DNA from: Pseudomonas phage BUCT566
Strand: one strand, 5' to 3'
DNA: 49,154 nt
Sequence record: MW748993.1
Below the pieces are notes generated by a model, which did not search any database, had not been told where the DNA came from, and saw only the letters and a program-made list of their open reading frames with translations. Both the position numbers and the translations under genes were made by a program. Of this stretch, positions 18,544 to 26,513 are shown piece after piece; within the stretch, counting starts at the first letter, position 1; the number at the start of each line of letters is the position of its first letter.

Positions 18544-19173
18544 ATGCCTATCACTGAGCAGCAGTTGCTGCATGTCCTCCCGAACGCCGGCCCTCGAGCC
18601 GGCGTTTTTGTTGGTGCGCTGAATCGTGGGATGACGCGGTTCGGCATTACCTCGCTGGTGCGCGCGGCGGCATTCCTCGCCCATGTCGGCCACGAAAGCG
18701 GCCAGTTGACCCGCTTGGTGGAGAACCTCAACTACAGTGCGCGCGGCCTGGCCGCGACCTGGCCGAGCCGGTATCGCGCCGCCGACGGCCAGCCGAACGC
18801 TCTGGCGCAGCGCCTGGCGCGCAACCCCCGAGCCATCGCCAACAACGCCTACGCCTCGCGCAACGGCAATGGCGACGAGGCGTCGGGCGACGGCTGGCGG
18901 TTCCGCGGGCGTGGCCTGCTACAGATCACCGGCCGGTCGAACTACCGCGCCGCCGGCGCCGGGCTGGGCCAGCCGCTGGAGGCTGAGCCCGAGCTTCTCG
19001 AGCAACCGGAGTGGGCGGCGCTGTCCGCCGCCTGGTGGTGGTCGACGCACGGCCTGAACGACCTGGCCGACCGCGGCGAGTTCGCCGCCATCACTCGGCG
19101 CATCAACGGCGGCACGAACGGCCAGGCGGAGCGCTTGGCGCTGTGGGAGCGGGCCAAGGGGGTGCTGTCGTGA
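18544..19173 (+). CDS. endolysin, glycoside hydrolase family 19 (chitinase-like lysozyme)
   Basis: AGGAGAG RBS + ATG at 18544; AHVGHESG..L..ENLNYS and GRGLLQITG..NY motifs typical of GH19 endolysins. Confidence 0.75.
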   Translation: MPITEQQLLHVLPNAGPRAGVFVGALNRGMTRFGITSLVRAAAFLAHVGHESGQLTRLVENLNYSARGLAATWPSRYRAADGQPNALAQRLARNPRAIANNAYASRNGNGDEASGDGWRFRGRGLLQITGRSNYRAAGAGLGQPLEAEPELLEQPEWAALSAAWWWSTHGLNDLADRGEFAAITRRINGGTNGQAERLALWERAKGVLS

Positions 19174-19562
19174 TCTCGGCCCGCGCGATTTCGATAGCGC
19201 TGGCCTGCCTGCTTCTGGTCGGCCTCGGCGCCGCCGGCGGTGTCTGGCTCGGCGCGCGACACTACCGGCCGCAGTTGGATGCCGCGAGCGCGGATCTGGC
19301 TGCCTGCCGTGCCTCCCGGGGAGAGTTGGAGTCCGCAGTGGCGGAGCAGGTCCGGCAGGTTGCCGCGCTGCGACTGGCTGGTGAGCAGCGCGCCCGGGAT
19401 GCAGCCAAGGCGCTGGAGCAGGGACGACAGCAGGCCGCCGAGCGGTATGCAGCAGCCCATCGCCTACTGAGCCAGCGAACCGTCGGCGGGCAGTGCGCGG
19501 CCGCCGAGGCGGTCATTGATCAGGAGTTGGGGCTTTCGGCCATGCACTCCAGTGCGAACTGA
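19170..19562 (+). CDS. i-spanin (Rz-like)
   Basis: GTG start overlapping endolysin stop (GTGA), AAGGGGG RBS; N-terminal TM segment then Ala/Gln/Arg-rich coiled coil. Confidence 0.55.
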   Translation: MISARAISIALACLLLVGLGAAGGVWLGARHYRPQLDAASADLAACRASRGELESAVAEQVRQVAALRLAGEQRARDAAKALEQGRQQAAERYAAAHRLLSQRTVGGQCAAAEAVIDQELGLSAMHSSAN

Positions 19563-19738
19563 ACCGTGTAAGGCGCGGCCCGGTAGAGCTGGTGCGACTC
19601 GTCGCGCAGGTAGTTGCGGAAGCCTGGCCATGAAAGGCCGAGTAGTTCCGCTGCTTGACGCTGGCTGACACCTGCTTTGTCGACCAGCCCGCGCAGGTAG
19701 CGCGGATCTGGATTGTGGTTGGAGGCGTCAGGCTTCAT
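19520..19738 (-). CDS. aca1: Aca1-like HTH regulator (anti-CRISPR-associated)
   Basis: 72 aa: MKPDASNHNPDPRYLRGLVDKAGVSQRQAAELLGLS...APYTVQFALECMA; matches my recollection of Aca1 of P. aeruginosa Mu-like phages; start overlaps upstream gene stop. Confidence 0.55.
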   Translation of the reverse strand: MKPDASNHNPDPRYLRGLVDKAGVSQRQAAELLGLSWPGFRNYLRDESHQLYRAAPYTVQFALECMAESPNS

Positions 19739-20021
19739 CTTCGACCGCTTCGAGCAGGCGCTTGATTTCTGAATCTTCTGCGGTGCGAGCTTCGTCGTCC
19801 AGCCAGTCCGCATAGCCTTTGATGCTGTCTGCGTCGTCGGCATCCATCGCGTACTGAGTAGTGCCCGACTGGATCAGAACGCTGTTGTCGTCGAACGTGT
19901 ACTTGGTATAGCCCTCGCCATCCCAGACCTGATCTTTTGCGATAGCGATGGCTTCGGCGGCTTCGCACGCTGCGACAGTATCTTTGTGCTGCTGAGCGAT
20001 CATTTGTGCGGTCTTAGTCAT
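19728..20021 (-). CDS. small strongly acidic protein; candidate anti-CRISPR (AcrIF2-like DNA mimic)
   Basis: 97 aa (91 from second Met), ~25% Asp/Glu, AAGGAGAG RBS; immediately upstream of and co-oriented with Aca1-like gene. Confidence 0.45.
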   Translation of the reverse strand: MTKTAQMIAQQHKDTVAACEAAEAIAIAKDQVWDGEGYTKYTFDDNSVLIQSGTTQYAMDADDADSIKGYADWLDDEARTAEDSEIKRLLEAVEDEA

Positions 20022-20119
20022 GGTGTCTCTCCTTGGGTTCGCCTCGCCGTTGTGGCTGGCATGGGTGTAGATTAATGGGTAACAACGTACACCACAACAA
20101 CCGTTCGTCGGAGTTGACC

Positions 20120-20383
20120 ATGCGTTGGATGATTTTGATTTTCGCGGTCGCGCTGGCGGGATGCGCCGGCCGGCAGGAAGCCGAGCCGCGCACGGTGCGC
20201 GTAGAAGTGCCGGTGGCGGTGCCGTGCCGGGTGCCGGCGGTGGAGGTGCCGGCATGGGCAACCGCTGGGCTGAAGAAGAGCGACGATATCCAGACCAAGG
20301 TCCGTGCGTTGCTCGCCGAACGCTTGCAGCGGATCGGTTACGAGGCGCAGCTCCTGGCTGCGAACCAGGCCTGCCAGGATTAG
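20120..20383 (+). CDS. o-spanin-like outer-membrane lipoprotein (Rz1-like)
   Basis: GGAG RBS; lipoprotein signal MRWMILIFAVALAGC (LAGC lipobox), Pro-rich VEVPVAVPCRVPAVEVPAW, C-terminal Cys. Confidence 0.45.
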   Translation: MRWMILIFAVALAGCAGRQEAEPRTVRVEVPVAVPCRVPAVEVPAWATAGLKKSDDIQTKVRALLAERLQRIGYEAQLLAANQACQD

Positions 20384-20418
20384 GAGTAGACTACGGCCTT
20401 TTCCTACGGAGCTCGGTG

Positions 20419-20682
20419 ATGCTGGTGATTCGATTCAAGGGCTGGTCGGTGAAACTCGACCACCAGGTGGGCAGCGCTGGGAAACATGGCATCTGGTCGT
20501 TCCACGGCTCGGAGAGCAGCTACGTACCGGACATGGAGACGATTCTCCGGCATGCTGCTATTCGGCCTGCGGAGCCGAAAGAAGGCGGGGAGGTCGAGGT
20601 ATTCATCTGTGATTCGCGTATGCCGCAGGACGAATGGCGGGCGGTAGGGACCGGCGTCGCGGCTTATGAGTCGGACCGCTGA
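20419..20682 (+). CDS. hypothetical protein (87 aa) adjacent to attP
   Basis: ATG with GGAG RBS; ORF-track 20125 start is a spurious extension. Confidence 0.35.
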   Translation: MLVIRFKGWSVKLDHQVGSAGKHGIWSFHGSESSYVPDMETILRHAAIRPAEPKEGGEVEVFICDSRMPQDEWRAVGTGVAAYESDR

Positions 20683-20700
20683 ATGCTGGCCGTGACGGAA

Positions 20701-20742
20701 ACGTGAAGCACGGAAATGGAAAACGTGAAAAGGAATTTCACG
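20701..20742. promoter_or_regulatory. attP left arm: integrase arm-type repeats ACGTGAA(A)
   Basis: ACGTGAAG (20701-08), ACGTGAAA (20723-30), inverted TTTCACG (20736-42). Confidence 0.4.
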
Positions 20743-20810
20743 ATTGGCACAGTTTAAGTGATTGCGGTCGGCGTAAACTGTTGTAATATAAGAGCTTCTG
20801 ATGTGCGAGA

Positions 20811-20868
20811 CAGGATTTAGGTTCCAGCGCCGCAAGGCGTGAGAGTTCGAGTCTCTCCGTCCGCACCA
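20811..20868 (+). other. attP core: 3' portion (variable arm, T arm, acceptor 3' strand, CCA) of a type-II tRNA gene
   Basis: GAGAG-TTCGAGT-CTCTC T-arm then CGTCCGC-A-CCA; upstream GCGCC-GCAA-GGCGT variable-arm hairpin; no complementary 5' acceptor strand within 100 bp; ends 10 bp from integrase stop. Confidence 0.55.
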
Positions 20869-20877
20869 CCTTCTAAA

Positions 20878-21987
20878 TCAAGTGTTTACGAGCTTCAGCG
20901 GCCCTCCATGTAGATGCGCTGGATTATCAGCGTGAACAGAACGTGAAATGCGGCTTTCACGGACTTGATCAAGAACCCCAACAGCATCCCTTACCCTGGC
21001 CGGAGCAAGATGGGCATATCGTTCAGTCATCGCGACTGTCGAGTGTCCGAGCAGATCCCGTACATCCGCCAGCGGAACGCCGGCGCTGACCAGCCATGCC
21101 GCGCAGGTGTGGCGCAGGTCGTGAATCGTAAAGTCCGCAATCTTCGCTGCCTGGCAGGCCTGCTTGAAGCCGGCCGAAAGCGATATCACTCGATCACCGT
21201 TAGCGCGCGCAAAGACCCAGGGGCATTCCGGGCTGGTCTCGGACCTGAATGCCATTCGTCGCTTTAGTGCTGCCATCGCCCCTTCGTTGATCGGGATGCT
21301 CCGGCGCTTGCCTGCCTTCGTGTGGGATGCCTCCAAGTAGATCAGTCGATTGGCGAAATCCACTCTGCGCCACTCCAGGCCAAGCATTTCCTCCCGCCGG
21401 CATCCGGTGTTCACCGCTAGGCGGATGAAGTCCTCGAGCATCGGGCCAAACTTCTGGACGCGCGCGGCGCGGCACAGGGACTCGACCTCCGCCCTGGTCA
21501 GCCAACGATCACGTCCCTCGGCCTCGCGCATCTTCCGCCCCTTCACCGGGTTAGGAAGGGCCCACTCCAGTTCTGTGTTGCAGTGGTTGATGGCCGCGGA
21601 CAGTGCGGCGAGTTCTCGGTTGATGGTTGCCGGGGATGCGCCGGCATCCAACCGATGCGCTCCATATCCCCGGATGTCCTGGCCCCCTAGATCGTTGACC
21701 ACGCGTCCGGCAAAATAATCGCGCAGCGGCTTTATGCGGTGCACGGTCGTTTCGTAGCTGCGCTGATGCTGGCGAGCGTGCTGCAGGTACGGAATGATCA
21801 CCTCCTCAAAGGTCCTGGGCGGATTCACGCCCATTTCCTTTTCCTTCCACGCTTTCGCGCGCTCCTGTTGCTCTAGTGCTTTCGCCGCCGAGTAGTCGGC
21901 AGTTCCAGAAGAGCGTCTAACAAGCTTTCCTGTTGCTGATTTGAAAGAGATCCACCAGTAGGCGGAGTCGTTTCTCTTGTACGGCAT
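20878..21987 (-). CDS. int: tyrosine integrase
   Basis: 369 aa; R..HDLRHT..Y C-terminal catalytic motifs; adjacent to tRNA fragment. Confidence 0.85.
   Translation of the reverse strand: MPYKRNDSAYWWISFKSATGKLVRRSSGTADYSAAKALEQQERAKAWKEKEMGVNPPRTFEEVIIPYLQHARQHQRSYETTVHRIKPLRDYFAGRVVNDLGGQDIRGYGAHRLDAGASPATINRELAALSAAINHCNTELEWALPNPVKGRKMREAEGRDRWLTRAEVESLCRAARVQKFGPMLEDFIRLAVNTGCRREEMLGLEWRRVDFANRLIYLEASHTKAGKRRSIPINEGAMAALKRRMAFRSETSPECPWVFARANGDRVISLSAGFKQACQAAKIADFTIHDLRHTCAAWLVSAGVPLADVRDLLGHSTVAMTERYAHLAPARVRDAVGVLDQVRESRISRSVHADNPAHLHGGPLKLVNT
20931..20961. promoter_or_regulatory. attP right arm: arm-type repeats inside int 3' end
   Basis: CGTGAACA (20931-38), ACGTGAAA (20941-48), inverted TTTCACG (20955-61). 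Confidence 0.35.
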
Positions 21988-22187
21988 ACTTCCTCCGGTA
22001 CGCCGACCGCGTCGCGCATGCTAGCAGCGGCTTCCTCTTCAAGCATCTGTTCGAGCTTTTCCTTGTGAACCCGGATTGTCTTTTTGAACCTGACCACCGG
22101 GATCAGCTTTTCGTCCGCGTAGCGGTACGCTGTCCTGCGGCTCACGCCGAGAATGCCGGCGGCCGCCTCAACTGAAATCAAAGACAT
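21873..22187 (-). CDS. xis: excisionase / AlpA-like DNA-binding protein
   Basis: MSLISVEAAAGILGVSRRTAYRY... HTH; AAGG RBS; overlaps int start by ~115 bp. Confidence 0.55.
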   Translation of the reverse strand: MSLISVEAAAGILGVSRRTAYRYADEKLIPVVRFKKTIRVHKEKLEQMLEEEAAASMRDAVGVPEEVCRTRETTPPTGGSLSNQQQESLLDALLELPTTRRRKH

Positions 22188-22317
22188 AGCGAGACCTTGG
22201 CCGATCAACGGCATCGGGTTGGCGGGTAGAATTCGTGGAGGCTTGGCCGGACAGGGCGCCCGCATCGGGCAATATGGGGGTTAACTGCTCGGTCAGGCCT
22301 TCTGGTAGGATTTGAAC

Positions 22318-22366
22318 GCCCAGCCGGGCGGGCCTCAGGAAGAGGCCCTAGTGGGCTCGGCTGGGC
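22318..22366. other. nested GC-rich stem-loop between xis-int and early-left operon end
   Basis: GCCCAGCCG...CGGCTGGGC outer stem with inner GGCCTC-aggaa-GAGGCC; weak U-tract. Confidence 0.3.
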
Positions 22367-22716
22367 TACTTGATCTTGATTTCGCCGTTGAACGGGATAA
22401 GGAGTTCCCGGAACTCACGCATCTCAGGGACTGTTACGCCATATCCGAGCAGCTCTCCATTCTCCCTGATGAACATGTGAGCGGCGATGCGTAGTCTCAG
22501 CTTCTCCAGGGCATGAAGCCTTCCGATGTAGTCGAGGTCCATCCTTGCCTCGGCTGATGGCGCCGGCTCGAATAAATCCACCACCAATTGACATCCATCC
22601 CAAGCGGCCTGTGTGTGGCTGTCCGAATATCGGATGTCTCCCTGGCTGTCCACATGGACGGACAGGTCGAATATGCCGGCCATGCGTTTCTCGAAGGCCT
22701 CCCGCATGTCGCTCAT
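22366..22716 (-). CDS. hypothetical protein
   Basis: 116-aa ORF, last gene of leftward early operon. Confidence 0.45.
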   Translation of the reverse strand: MSDMREAFEKRMAGIFDLSVHVDSQGDIRYSDSHTQAAWDGCQLVVDLFEPAPSAEARMDLDYIGRLHALEKLRLRIAAHMFIRENGELLGYGVTVPEMREFRELLIPFNGEIKIK

Positions 22717-22871
22717 TCTTCAGGCTCCTGATCTACAGTTTCGCCAGGATAGAGTGGAGTGATCCACCGACCGAACGCTGGCTCTCCGTTGAATTCGCTG
22801 GCGAGCCAAAGCTCTCTGGCGCCGTTCTCGAACTCAACGAGCCATGCAACCGGTTTCTTTTCTTCGCTCAT
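22713..22871 (-). CDS. hypothetical small protein
   Basis: 52 aa from MSEEKKPVAWLVEF; ORF-track start is upstream extension. Confidence 0.4.
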   Translation of the reverse strand: MSEEKKPVAWLVEFENGARELWLASEFNGEPAFGRWITPLYPGETVDQEPEE

Positions 22872-23083
22872 TCCCCACCTTCCATAGACTTGCCGATCTC
22901 GGCGGCGGCGCGGACTTGCCCAGCCTGGTATGCCTCGCACAGAAGGGCGTGCAGAGACACAAGCTCACCATTACGCTCCAGCCTGAACAGCGAAATATCG
23001 CTGCCTTGGCATAGTTTCTGGTCGGTAATCCAGCGCTCACACGCCGCCCGCGCCGCCAGTTCGAGTAGTGTGCGGTCGTTCAT
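22868..23083 (-). CDS. hypothetical protein; paralog of N-terminal domain of the 26513-27502 protein
   Basis: ERWITDQKLCQGSDISLFRLERNGELVSLHALL matches NLWIAEQHLCQGSDISLFKLERNGALVSLHELL; DNA repeat ~85% identical. Confidence 0.45.
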   Translation of the reverse strand: MNDRTLLELAARAACERWITDQKLCQGSDISLFRLERNGELVSLHALLCEAYQAGQVRAAAEIGKSMEGGE

Positions 23084-23415
23084 TTCCCGGCCCCCTCCAA
23101 GGCTGTTCTGGCCTTTTCCAGCACTGCCTCCATAGATACGTCAGGCATGCCACGCCCTGCCTCAATGTATGCTTCAGCGCGCAGCACGAAGGCCTCAAGC
23201 ACCGAACGGAGCATCTGATTTTCTTCCTGGCTTTTAACTGTCTCAATCGCCAGGTTGCGGAAGTCTCCGTATCTAACCCACAAGCCGTTTGCACCCATAT
23301 CCTCCTTCATTTCGGCATAGCGAACGTCTCGCCCCCATCCATCTTCCCCAACTGTTAATACTGGAGCGAAGGTCTTTGTGGAGTGCAAGATATTCAGAAG
23401 CTTTGCGTCGTTCAT
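23080..23415 (-). CDS. hypothetical protein
   Basis: 111-aa ORF, overlapping start/stop with neighbours. Confidence 0.45.
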   Translation of the reverse strand: MNDAKLLNILHSTKTFAPVLTVGEDGWGRDVRYAEMKEDMGANGLWVRYGDFRNLAIETVKSQEENQMLRSVLEAFVLRAEAYIEAGRGMPDVSMEAVLEKARTALEGAGK

Positions 23416-23864
23416 TGCGTTGCTCCTTCCAGGACTGCTCCGATGATCCTTTCGATCTCGTCACAGTGGTCGTAGATGTCATTCGGGTGAGTGCCGTTAT
23501 TCAAGCCGCTGACCATGTTCACGAGGTCGCGGGTAAGTGGGCGGAGATTCCCGTCGACCTCAGCTTGAACGGCCTGTAGCGCCCCACGCAGAACCTCGTT
23601 CTCCGCCTTGAGCCCGTCTATCTCGTCCAGCAGGGCGAGGATGGTCTTGGGGTTGGCGGATGCGATGTATTTCAAATTCTCTGCGGGCGCTACTATGTCA
23701 GGCCAGCCATCATGCGGGTGCGTGCATGGACGAAGTACATCTCCATCACCGCTGTCGGTTCCGATGCGGCGCCAACTGCACCCGGTTTGAACACGCCAAG
23801 GCCCCGGCGTTGCCGCCTTAGCCAGCCTCCGCAGCTCTGAGTGGTGGGTCATTGTTTGCTCCAT
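23412..23864 (-). CDS. Ead/Ea22-like protein
   Basis: ELRRLAKAATPGPW motif near N-terminus, coiled-coil middle. Confidence 0.55.
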   Translation of the reverse strand: MEQTMTHHSELRRLAKAATPGPWRVQTGCSWRRIGTDSGDGDVLRPCTHPHDGWPDIVAPAENLKYIASANPKTILALLDEIDGLKAENEVLRGALQAVQAEVDGNLRPLTRDLVNMVSGLNNGTHPNDIYDHCDEIERIIGAVLEGATQ

Positions 23865-23995
23865 CTGCTCAACTCCTGTCCTTTCTGTTCTGTCTGCTCG
23901 TATAGGTTCTGGAAGTCCCCGACTATCCGGAAGATGCCGAAGACGATCAGCGCGATGACCAGCAGCGCGACCAGGGTTTCGTTTTCGTTGTCCAC
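23849..23995 (-). CDS. small single-TM membrane protein
   Basis: GTG start 6 nt after GGAGGA; 48 aa with LVALLVIALIVFGIF helix; rest of ORF-track 113-aa ORF is Arg-rich junk. Confidence 0.35.
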   Translation of the reverse strand: MDNENETLVALLVIALIVFGIFRIVGDFQNLYEQTEQKGQELSRWSKQ

Positions 23996-24036
23996 GGTTG
24001 GTCCTCCGGGGGCGGATACGGTTGGGTTCGTTGGGG

Positions 24037-24327
24037 TTAATCGCCCGCGGCCTTTGAGATCAGGTGCATGAGCATTTCGCGCAGCACCTCGCGGTCCAGC
24101 ACTTCGCGAGACCGCGCATACTCGTCTGCCTGACGCAACACTGCCTCTATCTCGATGTTGAACATCGGCGAGAGCACGTCTGGCTCGCACTGTTCGAGCA
24201 GCAACTGGATTGCGCGGGTCGGGTGCGCCATGGTGATGCCGAGCCAGTTGTAGGCCGAGGCAGTGCGGTAGTAGCGAAGGCCGGCGATCTCATGCCGGCG
24301 CGGCGGGCGGAAGGGTTTCGTGCGCAT
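24037..24327 (-). CDS. hypothetical protein
   Basis: protein-like composition; start uncertain (24327 or 24231), weak RBS. Confidence 0.3.
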   Translation of the reverse strand: MRTKPFRPPRRHEIAGLRYYRTASAYNWLGITMAHPTRAIQLLLEQCEPDVLSPMFNIEIEAVLRQADEYARSREVLDREVLREMLMHLISKAAGD

Positions 24328-24399
24328 ATGCAATCCGGGTAGGTTGAGCCTACATTTTGCAGATTGCTGTATATGCGTACAGTGGTTGGCGATGGGTGG

Positions 24400-25140
24400 C
24401 TAGTTGAAACACATTCCCGAATCGCACCTGCCGGTGAAAAGGTCGCTCTCAATCGAAAAGTCAGCCTCCTCTAGAGGTTCTGCCGTTTCAACCAGCCACA
24501 GGTCCTGATCAATGAGTCGCAATTGCCTGTCAAACTCGCATGCTCTCTCAAAGTCGGCTGGAGCATTCTCTTTCTGCCATCTCCGATCATGCGAACTCAT
24601 ATTGGGGCACATGTAGCAGGCCGACCGGGGAGGCTCTGGCCAACCCATGCGCTTGACCATTGCAATGCAATCACCTCGTGTCATGCGTCGCTCAATCAGC
24701 GGGTATCTGTGCTGCCATTTCCCGACTGGCTGTGTCACACGGCGTAGCTCGTCGATTGTCATGCCAAGCCAGACGTCAGCCTGAATAACCCCTTGTTCGG
24801 TCGCCCAGCGGCGCATAACACGCTGTTTCCATTCATTGCTGCAATATGTCGGGAGCTTACCTACAGCCCCGCTTTCTGTCGTGAATGCCGGAATCAGCAC
24901 GTCGTCATTGCGCATCAGGTCGACGGTCGCATAGCTGCTCTTGGCAACTCTGTTCAGTTTGACTCCAGCGGCCTCAAGCGCTGGTAGAACCCAGCGATCC
25001 AGGTATTCCCATGTGGTGCTCATCTCGCGCTCAGTGTCAACGATGATCGACAAGTCAGGGGTCAGCTCCCCCTGACATATCAACGCTGCGATTGCTGAGC
25101 TTTGAGTACCTCCACCAGAACTCCATATCTGCGTTCTCAT
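24400..25140 (-). CDS. PAPS reductase / PP-loop ATP pyrophosphatase family protein
   Basis: IWSSGGGTQSSA P-loop-like SGG motif near N-terminus, 246 aa; strong GGAGGGAGGGAAG RBS; start ATGA-coupled to upstream gene. Confidence 0.55.
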   Translation of the reverse strand: MRTQIWSSGGGTQSSAIAALICQGELTPDLSIIVDTEREMSTTWEYLDRWVLPALEAAGVKLNRVAKSSYATVDLMRNDDVLIPAFTTESGAVGKLPTYCSNEWKQRVMRRWATEQGVIQADVWLGMTIDELRRVTQPVGKWQHRYPLIERRMTRGDCIAMVKRMGWPEPPRSACYMCPNMSSHDRRWQKENAPADFERACEFDRQLRLIDQDLWLVETAEPLEEADFSIESDLFTGRCDSGMCFN

Positions 25141-25454
25141 TGCTTCCCTCCCTCCTGCTCGCTCAGCAGGGCGTGGAGTTGGTTCGCGATTTCGATCATC
25201 TTCTTCGCGCGTGTCGTAGCCGCGTTCGTCCCTGCTGGAACGTTTTCGCAATTCCAGTCGCTTTCCCGCCTGCACTCCCGCTCTATGCTCCGCAGCAGAT
25301 CCTCGCTTACCACTGCATGGCCATCCGGGATAATGTAGAGCGCCTCGGTCCTGCGCTCGGTTCTCTCCCTTGATACATGACCACAACGACCTGCGAGCGA
25401 TCGACTGATCCCTGTTTCGCTGATGAACCCAACGAGAGTCAGCTTTTCAGCCAT
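25137..25454 (-). CDS. hypothetical protein translationally coupled to PAPS-reductase-like gene
   Basis: 105 aa; stop overlaps downstream ATG. Confidence 0.45.
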   Translation of the reverse strand: MAEKLTLVGFISETGISRSLAGRCGHVSRERTERRTEALYIIPDGHAVVSEDLLRSIERECRRESDWNCENVPAGTNAATTRAKKMIEIANQLHALLSEQEGGKQ

Positions 25455-25680
25455 TGCCGTTCTCCTTGTCTTCCTCTGTCAGCGTTCGGCCTTTCGAGTC
25501 AGTGATCGCCTTGCACTCGAAAACGGTTTTTCCGACGTAGAATTTGCCGAGCTTCCGGCATTCTTCGGCGACGGTGTAATGGGCGTACACCCAGCCGCCG
25601 AACCAGCCGATAGCCATGAAGACCACCATCCACAGACTGAACAATCGATACTCCTCCGGCTCATGCAGCATGGTCGCCAT
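25447..25680 (-). CDS. small membrane protein
   Basis: 77 aa with FSLWMVVFMAIGWFGGWVYA hydrophobic segment. Confidence 0.45.
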   Translation of the reverse strand: MATMLHEPEEYRLFSLWMVVFMAIGWFGGWVYAHYTVAEECRKLGKFYVGKTVFECKAITDSKGRTLTEEDKENGNG

Positions 25681-26317
25681 TCTCCTTGTCCTCGTTGAGT
25701 AGGGCGCTAAGCTTCGGAGTTACCCGGTAGCATTCAGCCGGGAACGAGGTAGACCAGGCGCAGGCGCAGTACTCTTCCGGGCCTCGGCACGGCTCGTTCA
25801 TCACCTGTTTGGCGATCAACCCATGGCGTTCGGCACTTTCCTGGATGTCCGCCCCATCGAAGCTGCCGCCTTCCAGGGCTCCGCTGATGATCTCCTGTGC
25901 GAATGCGGCCATACCCCGCAATAGCCCCTCGCTGACCGTCATGCCGTTGAGGCGCGATTGAGCTTCCAGCGCTACCTGAATGTTCTCAGGGCTTGTGAAT
26001 AACCGCTCCCGAGCATCGAGCGCCGCGTACACCGTGCTCGCATCAGGTAGAACCAACACCCTTGTGCGCAGGGATTCCAGCTCTTCCTCTAGTTGCTCGA
26101 CTTCGGACTTCAGCTCATTGGCCTTGTCCGTCATCATCTTGAGCGCGTCGTTTTCAACCTTGGTCAGGAACTTCTGCTGCGCGACTTCCTCCCTGAACGC
26201 CTTGTTCTCATCTTCCAGTGCGTAGATGCGCTGGTACGAAAAACCTGCCTGAGCCCTGTGGAAGGCCGCCTGCTTGCGTAGCTGTGCGATGTGTTCAGTG
26301 CGCTTCACATTACTCAT
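25661..26317 (-). CDS. coiled-coil hypothetical protein
   Basis: 218 aa, GGGAGG RBS, heptad-rich central region. Confidence 0.5.
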   Translation of the reverse strand: MSNVKRTEHIAQLRKQAAFHRAQAGFSYQRIYALEDENKAFREEVAQQKFLTKVENDALKMMTDKANELKSEVEQLEEELESLRTRVLVLPDASTVYAALDARERLFTSPENIQVALEAQSRLNGMTVSEGLLRGMAAFAQEIISGALEGGSFDGADIQESAERHGLIAKQVMNEPCRGPEEYCACAWSTSFPAECYRVTPKLSALLNEDKENGDHAA

Positions 26318-26513
26318 GACCTACCTCCCGATACTCGTTGCGGATGCGGCCGGCGATGTTCTCCAGCCGCTCAGCCATGCCCCACATGTCGTTGTTGTCG
26401 CGCCGGCTCACTACTGCGGAACGATGCACGTTGCGCCCGGCGAGAATCCGGGCAGCAACTAGGATCAGCCCGGCCTCCACGTGCCGCCGGACAAAACCGG
26501 AATGAGGCAGCAT
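26310..26513 (-). CDS. hypothetical small protein
   Basis: 67 aa, AAGGAGG RBS, TGATG overlap with upstream gene. Confidence 0.4.
   Translation of the reverse strand: MLPHSGFVRRHVEAGLILVAARILAGRNVHRSAVVSRRDNNDMWGMAERLENIAGRIRNEYREVGHE

Noticed and set aside
19240-19470. Pro-rich +1-frame ORF embedded in the i-spanin gene as candidate Rz1
   Set aside because: No signal peptide or lipobox before its only central Cys; a separate lipoprotein with LAGC lipobox exists at 20120-20383
20761-20873. Possible complete tRNA gene next to integrase
   Set aside because: Only the 3' ~58 nt fold as tRNA; no sequence complementary to the CGTCCGC acceptor strand within 100 bp upstream, consistent with an attP core rather than an intact gene
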